NCBI GenBank assembly: GCA_036169915.1
Contig: JAVHOF010000075.1
Coordinates: 1 to 46,641 of the forward strand
From: Candidatus Pacearchaeota archaeon
GTDB taxonomy: Archaea > Nanobdellota > Nanobdellia > Pacearchaeales > GW2011-AR1
DNA length: 46,641 bases
Direction: 5' to 3'
Below the pieces are notes generated by a model. That model was given only the letters and a program-made list of their open reading frames with translations. It did not search any database and was not told where the DNA came from. This document shows positions 24,758 to 33,528 of the stretch, in pieces (position 1 is the stretch's first letter; each line of letters begins with the position of its first letter). Position numbers and translations under genes: made by a program.

Positions 24758-24937
24758 TTATTTCCAGTTATATAACCAAGGTCTTTGCATCTGATCCCAA
24801 GTTTTAAATCTATCTCTAAAATTTCTAAATATTTCAGCATTTATTTTAGTATCATTAGAATCATCTTTAATAAAAGAAGATTTAATCTCTTCAGAATCTT
24901 CAATTTTATTACTTGTTATAGAATAATTTTGTGGCAT
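24758..24937 (-). CDS. small hypothetical protein (59 aa from ATG at 24937)
   Basis: The ATG (MPQNYS..) lies 1 nt after the TAA of the upstream 182-aa gene. The longer ORF-track version (to 25012) overlaps that gene in another frame. Confidence 0.3.
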   Translation of the reverse strand: MPQNYSITSNKIEDSEEIKSSFIKDDSNDTKINAEIFRNFRDRFKTWDQMQRPWLYNWK

Positions 24938-24938
24938 T

Positions 24939-25487
24939 TTAATCTGAATCTTCACTTGGATGGCAAGGTCTTGAATCATAGGGGGTGCTTTTATAAACTC
25001 CGCCATAATCAAATTTTTTCCTGCTTTCTATACTTTCAATTTGTTCAGATCTTGCGGCTATACTTTCAATATCTCTTTTTCTTTCGTCTTTCAATAAATC
25101 AAGCTTTTTCTTTAATTCATCTAGTTCTGAAGGCAATCCTTCTCTAATTAAATGTCTTAATGCTTCTAATCCAATTAATGGTGAATGTTCATAGTCTTCA
25201 AGCAATTGAAGTGCAGATAAAGGCTTATCAGCTTTTGCAATAATTCTACAATACTTAGAAACTGTTTCAGAATTTCTATCAAATTCAGTCATATATATTG
25301 CAGAATCTAATTCAACATAAGAATTACCAATCACTCTTTTTCCGGTAACTAAAGCAAAATCTCTTCCATGCTCAAGCAAGTGCTCTATTGTTTTTTGAGC
25401 ATAAGGTCTTATATGTTCTGGAAATTGCTTGCTCAATTTCTTAGCTTGAGCTTCAATTGTTCTTTCATATAAGGATATTTTTGCCAT
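24939..25487 (-). CDS. hypothetical protein (182 aa, soluble, helical)
   Basis: Long ORF with an ATG start. No motif recognised. Confidence 0.65.
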   Translation of the reverse strand: MAKISLYERTIEAQAKKLSKQFPEHIRPYAQKTIEHLLEHGRDFALVTGKRVIGNSYVELDSAIYMTEFDRNSETVSKYCRIIAKADKPLSALQLLEDYEHSPLIGLEALRHLIREGLPSELDELKKKLDLLKDERKRDIESIAARSEQIESIESRKKFDYGGVYKSTPYDSRPCHPSEDSD

Positions 25488-25498
25488 TTTAAATTTAT

Positions 25499-25519
25499 AA
25501 GTTTATCAGAACTCTCTTC
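25499..25519. repeat. direct repeat copy 1 (AAGTTT-ATCAGAACTCTCTTC) flanking the S51 peptidase gene
   Basis: The 15-nt core ATCAGAACTCTCTTC at 25505-25519 is identical to 26361-26375. The AAGTTT prefix is also shared. Confidence 0.6.
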
Positions 25520-25560
25520 AATAAAATTAATAATTAAAGGGTTTAAAAACATTTCTAAAT

Positions 25561-26304
25561 CTATTTCTTATTTAATAATTTATCCATTAAAAAATAATCT
25601 TCACTTGCTTCTTGTCTTTCAACAACAACTCTGCCATTTTTATAAAAAATTTTCTTAGCTCCTGCATTTTCTTTAGATTTTATAAATCTATAATTTTCAT
25701 CAACAATCTCAATTGCACAATTATCATCTAATCCAATTCCAATTCCTGGCGTTGTTTTCATTATTCTAGTTAAGCCATCATCTCTATGAGATTCCCTAAT
25801 ATGATGTGGGCTTAATGTTGCATTAACAAATCCAAGACACTTTATTCTTATAAGAGATTTATTAGAAGTATCAGCAAATCTTAGAGCATCGCTCAACCCA
25901 TATTTAAACCAACATATTGCTCCAGCACTTAAACCAGATAAAACAATTCCTTGTTCATATGCTTGTTTTAATGCATTATCAACCCCTAATTTTCTCCAAG
26001 TTTCTAACATTTCAAGAGTATTTCCTCCACCAACATAAATTAAATTAGAACTAAGTATTTTATTTTGAATTTCTTTTAAAGAAGGAGTTTCTCTTACAAG
26101 TCTTAAAACATCAGTCTTGCATCCAAGTTTTTCACCATAAACCTGTTTAAATGTTTCACAATATCCTTCTGCATCTTTACTTGCAGTTGGAATAAAAAGA
26201 GCTTTAGGATTTTTCTTACCAGTAAGTTTGACAACTTCTTTGTCAATAGAAAGAGTATCAAGGTCTTTCAATTCTCCACCACCAATAGCAATTATTTTTC
26301 CCAT
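25561..26304 (-). CDS. peptidase S51 (PepE/cyanophycinase-like, class I glutamine-amidotransferase-like fold)
   Basis: MGKIIAIGGGE start, YVGGGNT, and nucleophile elbow SGLSAGAI. Confidence 0.75.
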   Translation of the reverse strand: MGKIIAIGGGELKDLDTLSIDKEVVKLTGKKNPKALFIPTASKDAEGYCETFKQVYGEKLGCKTDVLRLVRETPSLKEIQNKILSSNLIYVGGGNTLEMLETWRKLGVDNALKQAYEQGIVLSGLSAGAICWFKYGLSDALRFADTSNKSLIRIKCLGFVNATLSPHHIRESHRDDGLTRIMKTTPGIGIGLDDNCAIEIVDENYRFIKSKENAGAKKIFYKNGRVVVERQEASEDYFLMDKLLNKK

Positions 26305-26350
26305 AGTAAATTAATAGAAATTTAATTTATAAATCTATATCAAAGATAAA

Positions 26351-26375
26351 AAGTTTAATAATCAGAACTCTCTTC
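26351..26375. repeat. direct repeat copy 2 (AAGTTTAATA-ATCAGAACTCTCTTC)
   Basis: Same 15-nt core as 25505-25519, with a 4-nt insertion between the prefix and the core. Confidence 0.6.
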
Positions 26376-26387
26376 CTAAGGTTTTAT

Positions 26388-27104
26388 TTATTGATTTAAA
26401 ATTCTTATAAGTCCTGCAAGTTCTTCAGGCATTTTTGGAAGCTGCTGTGAAGCAGTTCTTTTATTGGGATATTTAAATTCTACAAGTTCATTAGTTCTTT
26501 GAAAAGGAATAGCAATATCCTCATTGAGAATATCATCATCATTGTCAGATAATTGTTCTTCCCATTTTTCTATTAAGCTTATTCTATAGTTTTGCCTTTG
26601 TTCTTCATATTCTGGATTAATAGATTCTGTTTCAAGAATTGGTTGTCTTTGCTGTAATTCTCCTAATTGTTGTAAATATGCTTCTACAACAGGTTTTAAT
26701 CCAGATAATTTTTCTGCTATTTGTAATCTGTATTCTCCTTGTGCTTTTAATTTTTCTTGTTCAGACTTTCTTTGTCTGTCTTCATCTTCTAATTGATATT
26801 GTCTTTGCAAAGACATTTTTTCTAAATTTCTTTTGTGTTCTTCTTCAGCATTTTCAAAACTTAATCTTTTAATCTCTAATTCTGAAAGAATTTTTTGTCT
26901 GTCAGTTTCATAACTAATTTTCTGTGTTTCTGCTCTTGCAATTTCAACATCCCTTTGAAATTGAGCTAATTTAACTTTATTTCCCCCAGTTATTTTTCCA
27001 GATACATATCCTATTAATAATCCAGCAATACCTGTTGCAGCAGCAATAGCTGTAGGAACTAAATAAGGAGAATTCATTGCTTGTTCTAATGTTTCATAAT
27101 CCAT
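26388..27104 (-). CDS. membrane-anchored coiled-coil protein (238 aa)
   Basis: N-terminal TM helix (YLVPTAIAAATGIAGLLIGYVSG) followed by an E/Q/K/R-rich helical region. Confidence 0.6.
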   Translation of the reverse strand: MDYETLEQAMNSPYLVPTAIAAATGIAGLLIGYVSGKITGGNKVKLAQFQRDVEIARAETQKISYETDRQKILSELEIKRLSFENAEEEHKRNLEKMSLQRQYQLEDEDRQRKSEQEKLKAQGEYRLQIAEKLSGLKPVVEAYLQQLGELQQRQPILETESINPEYEEQRQNYRISLIEKWEEQLSDNDDDILNEDIAIPFQRTNELVEFKYPNKRTASQQLPKMPEELAGLIRILNQ

Positions 27105-27163
27105 ATTTTTATTGTCTCAGAATTCAGTCTGAGGTCCTAATCACCTCAATTTATTTTTCTAAT

Positions 27164-28450
27164 TTAATATTTCTTTGGAACTAAATCAGTGCAAATACCA
27201 GCAGCAACAGTAGCTCCAGCATCTCTTATTGCAAATCTTGCCATATGAGGATTAACACTTGATTTTTCCAAAACTAGATTACCCATTGGCTTTATTTTAA
27301 CAATAGCAACATCTCCATTCTTGATAAAATCAACTTTTCCAGGCATAGGTTGTCCGCTTGTAGGATCTATTTTATGTAATATTTCAACAAATTGGCATGG
27401 AACCTGAGCAGTATGAACATGGAATACAGGTGTGTAACCTTTTGCAATTACAGTTGGATGATTGATAACTGCAATTTGCCCTGTAAATTCTTCTGCAATT
27501 GTAGCAGGTTGAGCAGCATCACAAATTACATCTCCTCTAGCAATATCTTTTTTTCCAACCCCCCTTATATTAACCCCAACATTAAATCCAGCAGGAGCTT
27601 CTGTGAATTGTTCATGATGCATTTCAATTGATTTTATTTCTCCATCCATTCCTCTTCCACTTCTTCCTGGAAGTATTTTTACTTTTTGCCCAACTTTTAA
27701 AATTCCTGTTTCAATTTTTCCAACAGGAACAGTCCCTATTCCAGTGATTTCATAAACATCTTGAATAGGCATTCTAACTGGAAGTTCAGTTGGTTTTTTA
27801 GGTTCATCAAATAAATCTAATTGTTCATATATTGTTGGTCCTTTATACCATGGCATATTTGTTGATTTCTTAAATATATTATCTCCTTTTAATCCAGAAA
27901 CAGCTAAAAAAACTGTTTTTTCAGGATTGATTCCAACTGCTTTTAGCAAAGTTGAAACTTCTGCTTTTACCTTATTGAAAGCATCTTCCTTATAGTCAAC
28001 AGTATCCATTTTATTTATAGAAACTGCAATTTGCTGAACTCCCATTGTTCTTAATAGCCATAAATGTTCTTTAGTCTGAGGTTGAACTCCATCTTTAGCT
28101 GAAATTGTCAAAAAAGCAGCATCAGATTGTGAAGCACCAGTAATCATGTTTTTAACAAAGTCTTTGTGCCCAGGAGCATCAATTATTGTTACTTGTCTTT
28201 TAGGTGTAATTATTTTTTGGTATGAAAGGTCAATTGTAACTCCTCTTTCTCTTTCTTCCTTGATTTTATCCATAACAAATGCGAATTCAAAACCAGCTTT
28301 TCCTAATTTTTGAGCTTCTTCCTTAAGTTTTTTTAATTCTTGTTCAGGCAATATTCCAGAATCATAGATAAGTCTGCCTACGCATGTTGATTTTCCATGG
28401 TCAACATGACCTACAAAAACAATATTCATTGTTGGTTTAATTTGTGCCAT
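27164..28450 (-). CDS. tuf: translation elongation factor aEF-1 alpha
   Basis: [14 protein letters not shown] and NKMD G-motifs with domains II/III. 428 aa. Confidence 0.95.
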   Translation of the reverse strand: MAQIKPTMNIVFVGHVDHGKSTCVGRLIYDSGILPEQELKKLKEEAQKLGKAGFEFAFVMDKIKEERERGVTIDLSYQKIITPKRQVTIIDAPGHKDFVKNMITGASQSDAAFLTISAKDGVQPQTKEHLWLLRTMGVQQIAVSINKMDTVDYKEDAFNKVKAEVSTLLKAVGINPEKTVFLAVSGLKGDNIFKKSTNMPWYKGPTIYEQLDLFDEPKKPTELPVRMPIQDVYEITGIGTVPVGKIETGILKVGQKVKILPGRSGRGMDGEIKSIEMHHEQFTEAPAGFNVGVNIRGVGKKDIARGDVICDAAQPATIAEEFTGQIAVINHPTVIAKGYTPVFHVHTAQVPCQFVEILHKIDPTSGQPMPGKVDFIKNGDVAIVKIKPMGNLVLEKSSVNPHMARFAIRDAGATVAAGICTDLVPKKY

Positions 28451-28470
28451 AAAGTATAACCAAAAACTAG

Positions 28471-28480
28471 GTTTATAAAT
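28471..28480 (-). promoter_or_regulatory. TATA-like box (GTTTATAAAT) upstream of tuf
   Basis: Lies 21-30 nt upstream of the ATG at 28450. Confidence 0.4.
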
Positions 28481-28552
28481 ATTTCGTTTTTTGTTGCAAT
28501 TTAAAAATTATTTATAAAATAATTTATCGTCGTTGAATCCCAAATTATATCC

Positions 28553-28780
28553 CTAAATAACAAAACTATTTAATCTATTGAATATAGCTAAGGCTATTAG
28601 AACTGCACCAATTAAAAATATAAAAAAACCGCTAAAAACAATCAGAGGCATATATATCTGAAAGTAACTAAAATTTAAATTTCCTGAAATAGATATCATT
28701 AAATAAATAACTGAAATAACTACAAAGAATAAAATTAATCCTAGTAATATAATAATTGCATCTGTATTTTTAAATTTCAT
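28553..28780 (-). CDS. small membrane protein (75 aa, 2 TM)
   Basis: Hydrophobic ORF with an ATG start. Confidence 0.45.
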   Translation of the reverse strand: MKFKNTDAIIILLGLILFFVVISVIYLMISISGNLNFSYFQIYMPLIVFSGFFIFLIGAVLIALAIFNRLNSFVI

Positions 28781-28835
28781 AAAACTAAAAGAATTATAAA
28801 ATATATAAAGATAGTTTGATTAGAATGTATACAAT

Positions 28836-29663
28836 ATGGAATCATCAATAAATGAAATCTTAGAAAAAATTAAACAGAGCAAAAAATACAAGACAATTTC
28901 ATCTGAAATTGTCCTTAAGGAAATCCATCTATATTTAAAATCAAATCATCAAAAACTAAATTCTTTAAAGTCCGCTGATAAATATATGCTTAAAGAAATA
29001 AAAGCAAAGCTTCATAGATTATATTCAAGCTATCAAACCTCAAAAAAATCCAAAAGAGAAAAATATCTCAATGAACTAAAACAAAATCCCAAAAATATTC
29101 ATATTATACTGGATATTCTTTCAACAAACATCTCAACAAAAGAAAGACTTTCGGATTATCCAAGTTTATACAAAGAAATTTTTAGCTTGACAGGAAAGCC
29201 AAAAACAATTGTAGATTTAGGCTCTGGTTTAAATCCTATTTCACTTGTTTATATGAATCTGAAAGAATTAAGTTATTATGCATATGATATTGATGAATCT
29301 GATATTAATTTTTTAAATGAATTTTTCAAAATTGAAAAAACAGAAGAATTTAAAGGAAGCGCAGAAATTCTAGATATTAACAATAAATTATCTATAAACA
29401 AACTTCCAGATAGCAATATTATTTTTTTATTTAAGATAATTGATATAATAGATATAAACAATCACAAGCCAAGCGAAGAATTAATTAAATTATTAATAAA
29501 AAAGACAGGATTCATTGTTGCAAGTTTTGCAACAAAAACCATTTCAAAAAGAACAATGAATTTTCCAAAAAGAAAATGGTTTGAAATTATGTTAAATAGA
29601 ATTGGAATAAAGTTTGATATTATAAAAAAGAGAAATGAGATTTATTATATTTTAAGAAAATAA
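28836..29663 (+). CDS. 16S rRNA (guanine1405-N7)-methyltransferase-like protein (ArmA/RmtB/FmrO family)
   Basis: It follows remembered ArmA/RmtB sequences along its whole length: KQSKKYKTISSEIV, KLHRLYSSY, ISTKERL, LYKEIFS, SAM motif IVDLGSGLNPISL, YYAYDID, IIFLFKII, ASFATKTISKR, and EIYYILRK at the C-terminus. Confidence 0.75.
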   Translation: MESSINEILEKIKQSKKYKTISSEIVLKEIHLYLKSNHQKLNSLKSADKYMLKEIKAKLHRLYSSYQTSKKSKREKYLNELKQNPKNIHIILDILSTNISTKERLSDYPSLYKEIFSLTGKPKTIVDLGSGLNPISLVYMNLKELSYYAYDIDESDINFLNEFFKIEKTEEFKGSAEILDINNKLSINKLPDSNIIFLFKIIDIIDINNHKPSEELIKLLIKKTGFIVASFATKTISKRTMNFPKRKWFEIMLNRIGIKFDIIKKRNEIYYILRK

Positions 29664-30824
29664 TCATTTGAATTGTTTTGCAATAGCAGTAAGTTCTTCT
29701 CTTCTATCTGCAAGTGTTCTATATATTCCAACAGATAATTCCAAGGGTTTCGCAATCTCTCCAGGTTTCATAAAAAATAATCCTCCACCACAACCTTTAA
29801 CATGATAATATCCACAAAATCCTCCATCAACACAAATTCCCCTATACTCTACGGGTTTTGTTAATGTTTGATTTGCCCTAGTATATTTTTTTACAAATCT
29901 TACTTCCTTATTATTAATCTCTCCATCAAATACAGCATCACCCAAGCAATCTAGAATATTTCCTGAAAATATTTCATTATTTCCTAGAAATAATTCAAAA
30001 TAACCTTCAGAAGGCATTACATCTCTCCAAGTTCCAACAAAATCCGGCTTTTTTCCATCAGTTAATCTACCACTTTTCAATAACCTTAATGATCTTAACA
30101 AGCCTTCATTATAAACAACCAATTGTTTATTAACAGAAGCATTTTGAGTAAATTGCATTTCATAATTTCCATGGCTGTCCAATGGAACCATTAAATCAGT
30201 AGAATATGATTCAAAATCAATTCCAAATTCTTGTTTTATCCTATCTCGTTCAGCATACCAAGGAGAAGCATGTCCATCTCCACAAACTACAACCTCAACT
30301 CCTGTTTCAGCAATTCTCTCCAACAATCTTCTATCTCTTTTAAGTTCATGTATTTTTCTAACTTTTAATTGACTTTTATTTCTTGCTTCATTGCATCTAG
30401 CAAGTTTAACACTATAATGAAAATCACTTTCTCCTTCTTCCATAAATAAAACTTTTTCATGAATAGTTTCATTTAATCTAGCAACTTTGACAGCAGCTTC
30501 ATTATATTTATACCATAATTCTTTATCTTCTAGACATTCAAATGGAAATTCAAATCGCTCACAAACATGAAACATGACTTTCCAATACTGTTGGTGTTCT
30601 AAAGGATACCTGCCATCTGGAGCCAATGACCAAAGATGATTCCTAACAGTCTGAAAATCATTATCTGAAAATGTTTCCAATCCTATTTTTGTTCTGTTTG
30701 GAAAATCAGATAAATATGCTAAAAATTCATCACTTGGAATAAGCCTAAATTCGCCACAAGATAATTCAGAAATTCCAAACAATAGATTTCTCCTTGCATG
30801 GTGAACTCCAATTAAATGTACCAT
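29664..30824 (-). CDS. hypothetical protein (386 aa); N-terminal half weakly reminiscent of TraB/Tiki-type fold
   Basis: Long ORF. VHLIGVHH near the N-terminus and VVCGDGHASPW about 190 aa later loosely resemble the paired GxxH motifs of the TraB/PrgY/Tiki superfamily. The C-terminal Cys/Gly-rich domain is unassigned. Confidence 0.6.
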   Translation of the reverse strand: MVHLIGVHHARRNLLFGISELSCGEFRLIPSDEFLAYLSDFPNRTKIGLETFSDNDFQTVRNHLWSLAPDGRYPLEHQQYWKVMFHVCERFEFPFECLEDKELWYKYNEAAVKVARLNETIHEKVLFMEEGESDFHYSVKLARCNEARNKSQLKVRKIHELKRDRRLLERIAETGVEVVVCGDGHASPWYAERDRIKQEFGIDFESYSTDLMVPLDSHGNYEMQFTQNASVNKQLVVYNEGLLRSLRLLKSGRLTDGKKPDFVGTWRDVMPSEGYFELFLGNNEIFSGNILDCLGDAVFDGEINNKEVRFVKKYTRANQTLTKPVEYRGICVDGGFCGYYHVKGCGGGLFFMKPGEIAKPLELSVGIYRTLADRREELTAIAKQFK

Positions 30825-30876
30825 TAAATAAAAATAAAATCCTAGTTTAAAAATAGAACTGTATTATAAAATATAT

Positions 30877-31314
30877 TCACCAATAACCATAATATCCATA
30901 TCCTCCGCTAAAATAAGGATATCCAGAACTATATCCATTATACCCATAATAGGAATAACTACCAAAACCACCACCATATCCAGCCATAGTTGCATAAGGT
31001 CCTCCTGAAAAATATTGTGTTGGAACTGAAACAGGATTATTTTCATAATAACTATAAGGATTTTCATAGCCATAATCTCTTCTTATCTGATAGATTTCTG
31101 CATTCTGTCCCTTGAAAACAGAATTGCTGTTTGTAGGGCTTGAATAGCTATTACTAGATTTGCTATTTGAATAGCTATAATGTCCATCTGTGTAGCTGTT
31201 TGCATCCCCTTGGCAGGAATCATAGCTCCAATATCTGCAAGTTGCTGAAACAAATCCTATAATAAAGAATAAGAAAATTACTCCAACTAAAACCATTAAT
31301 AAAAGTTTTTTCAT
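30877..31314 (-). CDS. secreted low-complexity Gly/Tyr/Ser-rich protein (145 aa)
   Basis: Sec signal (..GFVSA/TC), followed by S/N/Y-rich and GGYGYYGYW-type repeats. Confidence 0.55.
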   Translation of the reverse strand: MKKLLLMVLVGVIFLFFIIGFVSATCRYWSYDSCQGDANSYTDGHYSYSNSKSSNSYSSPTNSNSVFKGQNAEIYQIRRDYGYENPYSYYENNPVSVPTQYFSGGPYATMAGYGGGFGSYSYYGYNGYSSGYPYFSGGYGYYGYW

Positions 31315-31463
31315 GTTTTTTAGATAAAAACCTTGTTTAAAAATTTATGTTTTTTGGAATAAATTTTTAATACACCTCAAAACAAAGACTTTCAAAAGTT
31401 TTAAAAACAAACATATCTTATAATTTATATAATAAGCAATTGAAAAAGAGGAATAAAGAGAAA

Positions 31464-31625
31464 ATGAATAATAAGTCTCAAGCAGGATTTTATATAAGAA
31501 TAATTGGAGGATTTGTAGATGTTGTTTCACTTCCATTTTTAATAACAAACCCATCTAATGTTTATGCTCAGGTATTCTTTGGATTTGGTAATTTTCTATT
31601 AATTTTAGGAGGATTAACAGAATGA
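31464..31625 (+). CDS. small membrane protein (53 aa from ATG at 31464)
   Basis: Hydrophobic ORF. Its TGA overlaps the ATG of the next small ORF (ATGA). Confidence 0.3.
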   Translation: MNNKSQAGFYIRIIGGFVDVVSLPFLITNPSNVYAQVFFGFGNFLLILGGLTE

Positions 31626-31771
31626 ATCCTGAAAATTTTATTCCATTAATGCTTACAACATTAGCATTGGCATACACTTCATTTTATGCTAAAAAGAAAA
31701 AAGGATGGTTGATAATAGCTTTTATCATATGGTTATTAACTTTCTTATGGACAATAGGAGCTTTTAAATAA
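31622..31771 (+). CDS. small membrane protein (49 aa)
   Basis: MNPENFIPLMLTTLALAYTSFYAKKKKGWLIIAFIIWLLTFLWTIGAFK has two hydrophobic helices. It is below the ORF-track cutoff and is translationally coupled to the previous ORF. Confidence 0.25.
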   Translation: MNPENFIPLMLTTLALAYTSFYAKKKKGWLIIAFIIWLLTFLWTIGAFK

Positions 31772-31793
31772 ATAGATTTAATAATAATAAAAG

Positions 31794-32627
31794 ATGGTGA
31801 ACAAAATTTCTAAAACTAAAGATAAACCTATTGCAAAATCCGTTTTGACTTTGGAATTAAAAACTGAAAGAGACATTGCAATGGATTTTGCTGAAAAAGT
31901 CTACAAACACTTTGATAAAATGATTAAGTCTGTAATTCTCTTTGGTTCTTCAGCAAAAAATACTAATATAGCTGGTTCTGACATTGATATAATTATTATT
32001 CTTGACGACGCAATTGTTAGATTTGATGACCAGCTAATAATTTGGTATAGAGAAGAGCTTGGAAAAATAATCCAGTCAAATCCATATAAAAAAGACTTGC
32101 ATATAAACACAGTGAAACTGACAACCTGGTGGGAAGATCTTTTAAAAGGAGATCCTGTTGTAATAAATATATTAAGGTTTGGAGAAGCAATACTTGATTC
32201 AGGAGGATTTTTTAATCCTTTAAAAATACTTCTTCAAGATGGAAAAATAAGAACAACTCCTGAAGCAATGTACACTATTCTTAATAGAGTTCCTGCGCAT
32301 ATAATAAGAAGCAAGACTTCAGAGATGGGCTCAATTGAAGGATGTTATTGGGCTATGATAGAATCTTCCCAAGCTCTTTTAATGGCAATTAAAAAAATAC
32401 CTCCAAGCCCAGAGGAAATACCTGCTCTTCTTGAAGAAAACTTTGTAAGTAAAAGATTATTAAAATCCAATTATGTTACAGATTTGAGAAATCTTACAAT
32501 ACTGCATAAAAAAATAGTGCACGGAGAAATAAAAGATATTGATGGAAGATTAATAGATGATTATCAAAACAAAGCAACTGATTTCTTTAAAGCCTGCATG
32601 AGTTTGATAAATAATATTATAAAATAA
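31794..32627 (+). CDS. nucleotidyltransferase-domain protein (Pol-beta superfamily) with helical C-terminal domain
   Basis: FGSSAKNTNIAGSDIDIIIIL matches the GS-x(n)-DxD signature of minimal nucleotidyltransferases. Confidence 0.65.
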   Translation: MVNKISKTKDKPIAKSVLTLELKTERDIAMDFAEKVYKHFDKMIKSVILFGSSAKNTNIAGSDIDIIIILDDAIVRFDDQLIIWYREELGKIIQSNPYKKDLHINTVKLTTWWEDLLKGDPVVINILRFGEAILDSGGFFNPLKILLQDGKIRTTPEAMYTILNRVPAHIIRSKTSEMGSIEGCYWAMIESSQALLMAIKKIPPSPEEIPALLEENFVSKRLLKSNYVTDLRNLTILHKKIVHGEIKDIDGRLIDDYQNKATDFFKACMSLINNIIK

Positions 32628-32662
32628 AAAAATTTATCAAATAAAGTAAAAACTAAAAAGAC

Positions 32663-33526
32663 TTAATCATCTTCGAAAAATATATCTTTTTCCTTCTTTC
32701 CATATAGATATTTTTCTTTTACACTGGCTCTCTTAGCCTCTTTTAATTTTCCTTCGAAAAGTTTCTGATATAATTCAAATAATCCTTTTTCTCCAAGAGA
32801 TTGTTTCAAATAACCAGTAAGATTTTCTTTTAATTCTTTTTCTAAATCTTCTTTTTTATCCTGTAGCATCAATTCATATTTCATAAGAGCGAACTTTCCA
32901 TCATTGCCATATACTGCTAAAGACTGGAAAAAACCAGCCATTGTTTTATTATCTTTATATTCTTCAGCATAATGCTTTGCAACTGTTCCTTTTATTTGTG
33001 ATAATACATTCTGTTTTTTTACTTCATTTGAATTAGGATCTTTAAGAGATTCTAAAGATTGTTCCATAATTAGGGTTTCTCTATGTAATCTTGCAATTTC
33101 TTTATATGAGCCATGATAATCTGATGGTTTATCTGGGGCAAAATATTGCAAGGCACCTGATAAAATTTCATCAGGAGTAGATTTTAAAATAGCTTCTAAA
33201 TTTCCTTTTCCAAATTCTTCAAATTGTTTTGCAGCTCTTTCTAAAACAGCCCTAATTAAAGGGGTAGTTGCATAGGGATTTGTAAGATTATTTCTAAGAT
33301 CAGTCATTGCAAGAGATATGTTTTTTTCAAATTCTTCTCTTTTTTCTTCATTTCCACTATAATTATCCATTTGACTAACTAATTCATTTTCTAAGATACC
33401 AGGTAAATTTGGATCAGAACCACCATTTTGAACTTTTTCTAAAAGTTCATTGTAGTATCTAAATTGACCATATAATTTTCCAAATTGTTCAAATTTTGTT
33501 TCTTTCTTGTTATTTTTTTTTGCCAT
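32663..33526 (-). CDS. hypothetical protein (287 aa, soluble, helical)
   Basis: Long ORF. No motif recognised. Confidence 0.65.
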   Translation of the reverse strand: MAKKNNKKETKFEQFGKLYGQFRYYNELLEKVQNGGSDPNLPGILENELVSQMDNYSGNEEKREEFEKNISLAMTDLRNNLTNPYATTPLIRAVLERAAKQFEEFGKGNLEAILKSTPDEILSGALQYFAPDKPSDYHGSYKEIARLHRETLIMEQSLESLKDPNSNEVKKQNVLSQIKGTVAKHYAEEYKDNKTMAGFFQSLAVYGNDGKFALMKYELMLQDKKEDLEKELKENLTGYLKQSLGEKGLFELYQKLFEGKLKEAKRASVKEKYLYGKKEKDIFFEDD

Positions 33527-33528
33527 TT

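Noticed and set aside
24939-25012. Possible programmed or erroneous frameshift at the C5 tract joining the 182-aa and 84-aa ORFs
   Set aside because: The downstream frame has its own ATG (24937) 1 nt after the upstream TAA, which is a normal coupled-gene arrangement. Nothing in the sequence requires a frameshift. Read data would be needed to exclude a homopolymer error.
27140-27147. GAGGTGAT as the ribosome-binding site of the 26388-27104 gene
   Set aside because: It lies 35 nt upstream of the ATG, far beyond functional SD spacing.
30864-31073. 69-aa alternative-frame ORF inside the Gly/Tyr-rich gene
   Set aside because: It shares the strand and overlaps the longer ORF, which has a proper signal peptide and ATG. 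The repeated codons create open alternative frames.
31345-31554. 69-aa minus-strand ORF overlapping the small plus-strand membrane ORF
   Set aside because: At most one of the two overlapping ORFs is real. The plus-strand ORF is coupled (ATGA) to a second small membrane ORF and has a GAGG-containing leader, so I kept it, at low confidence.
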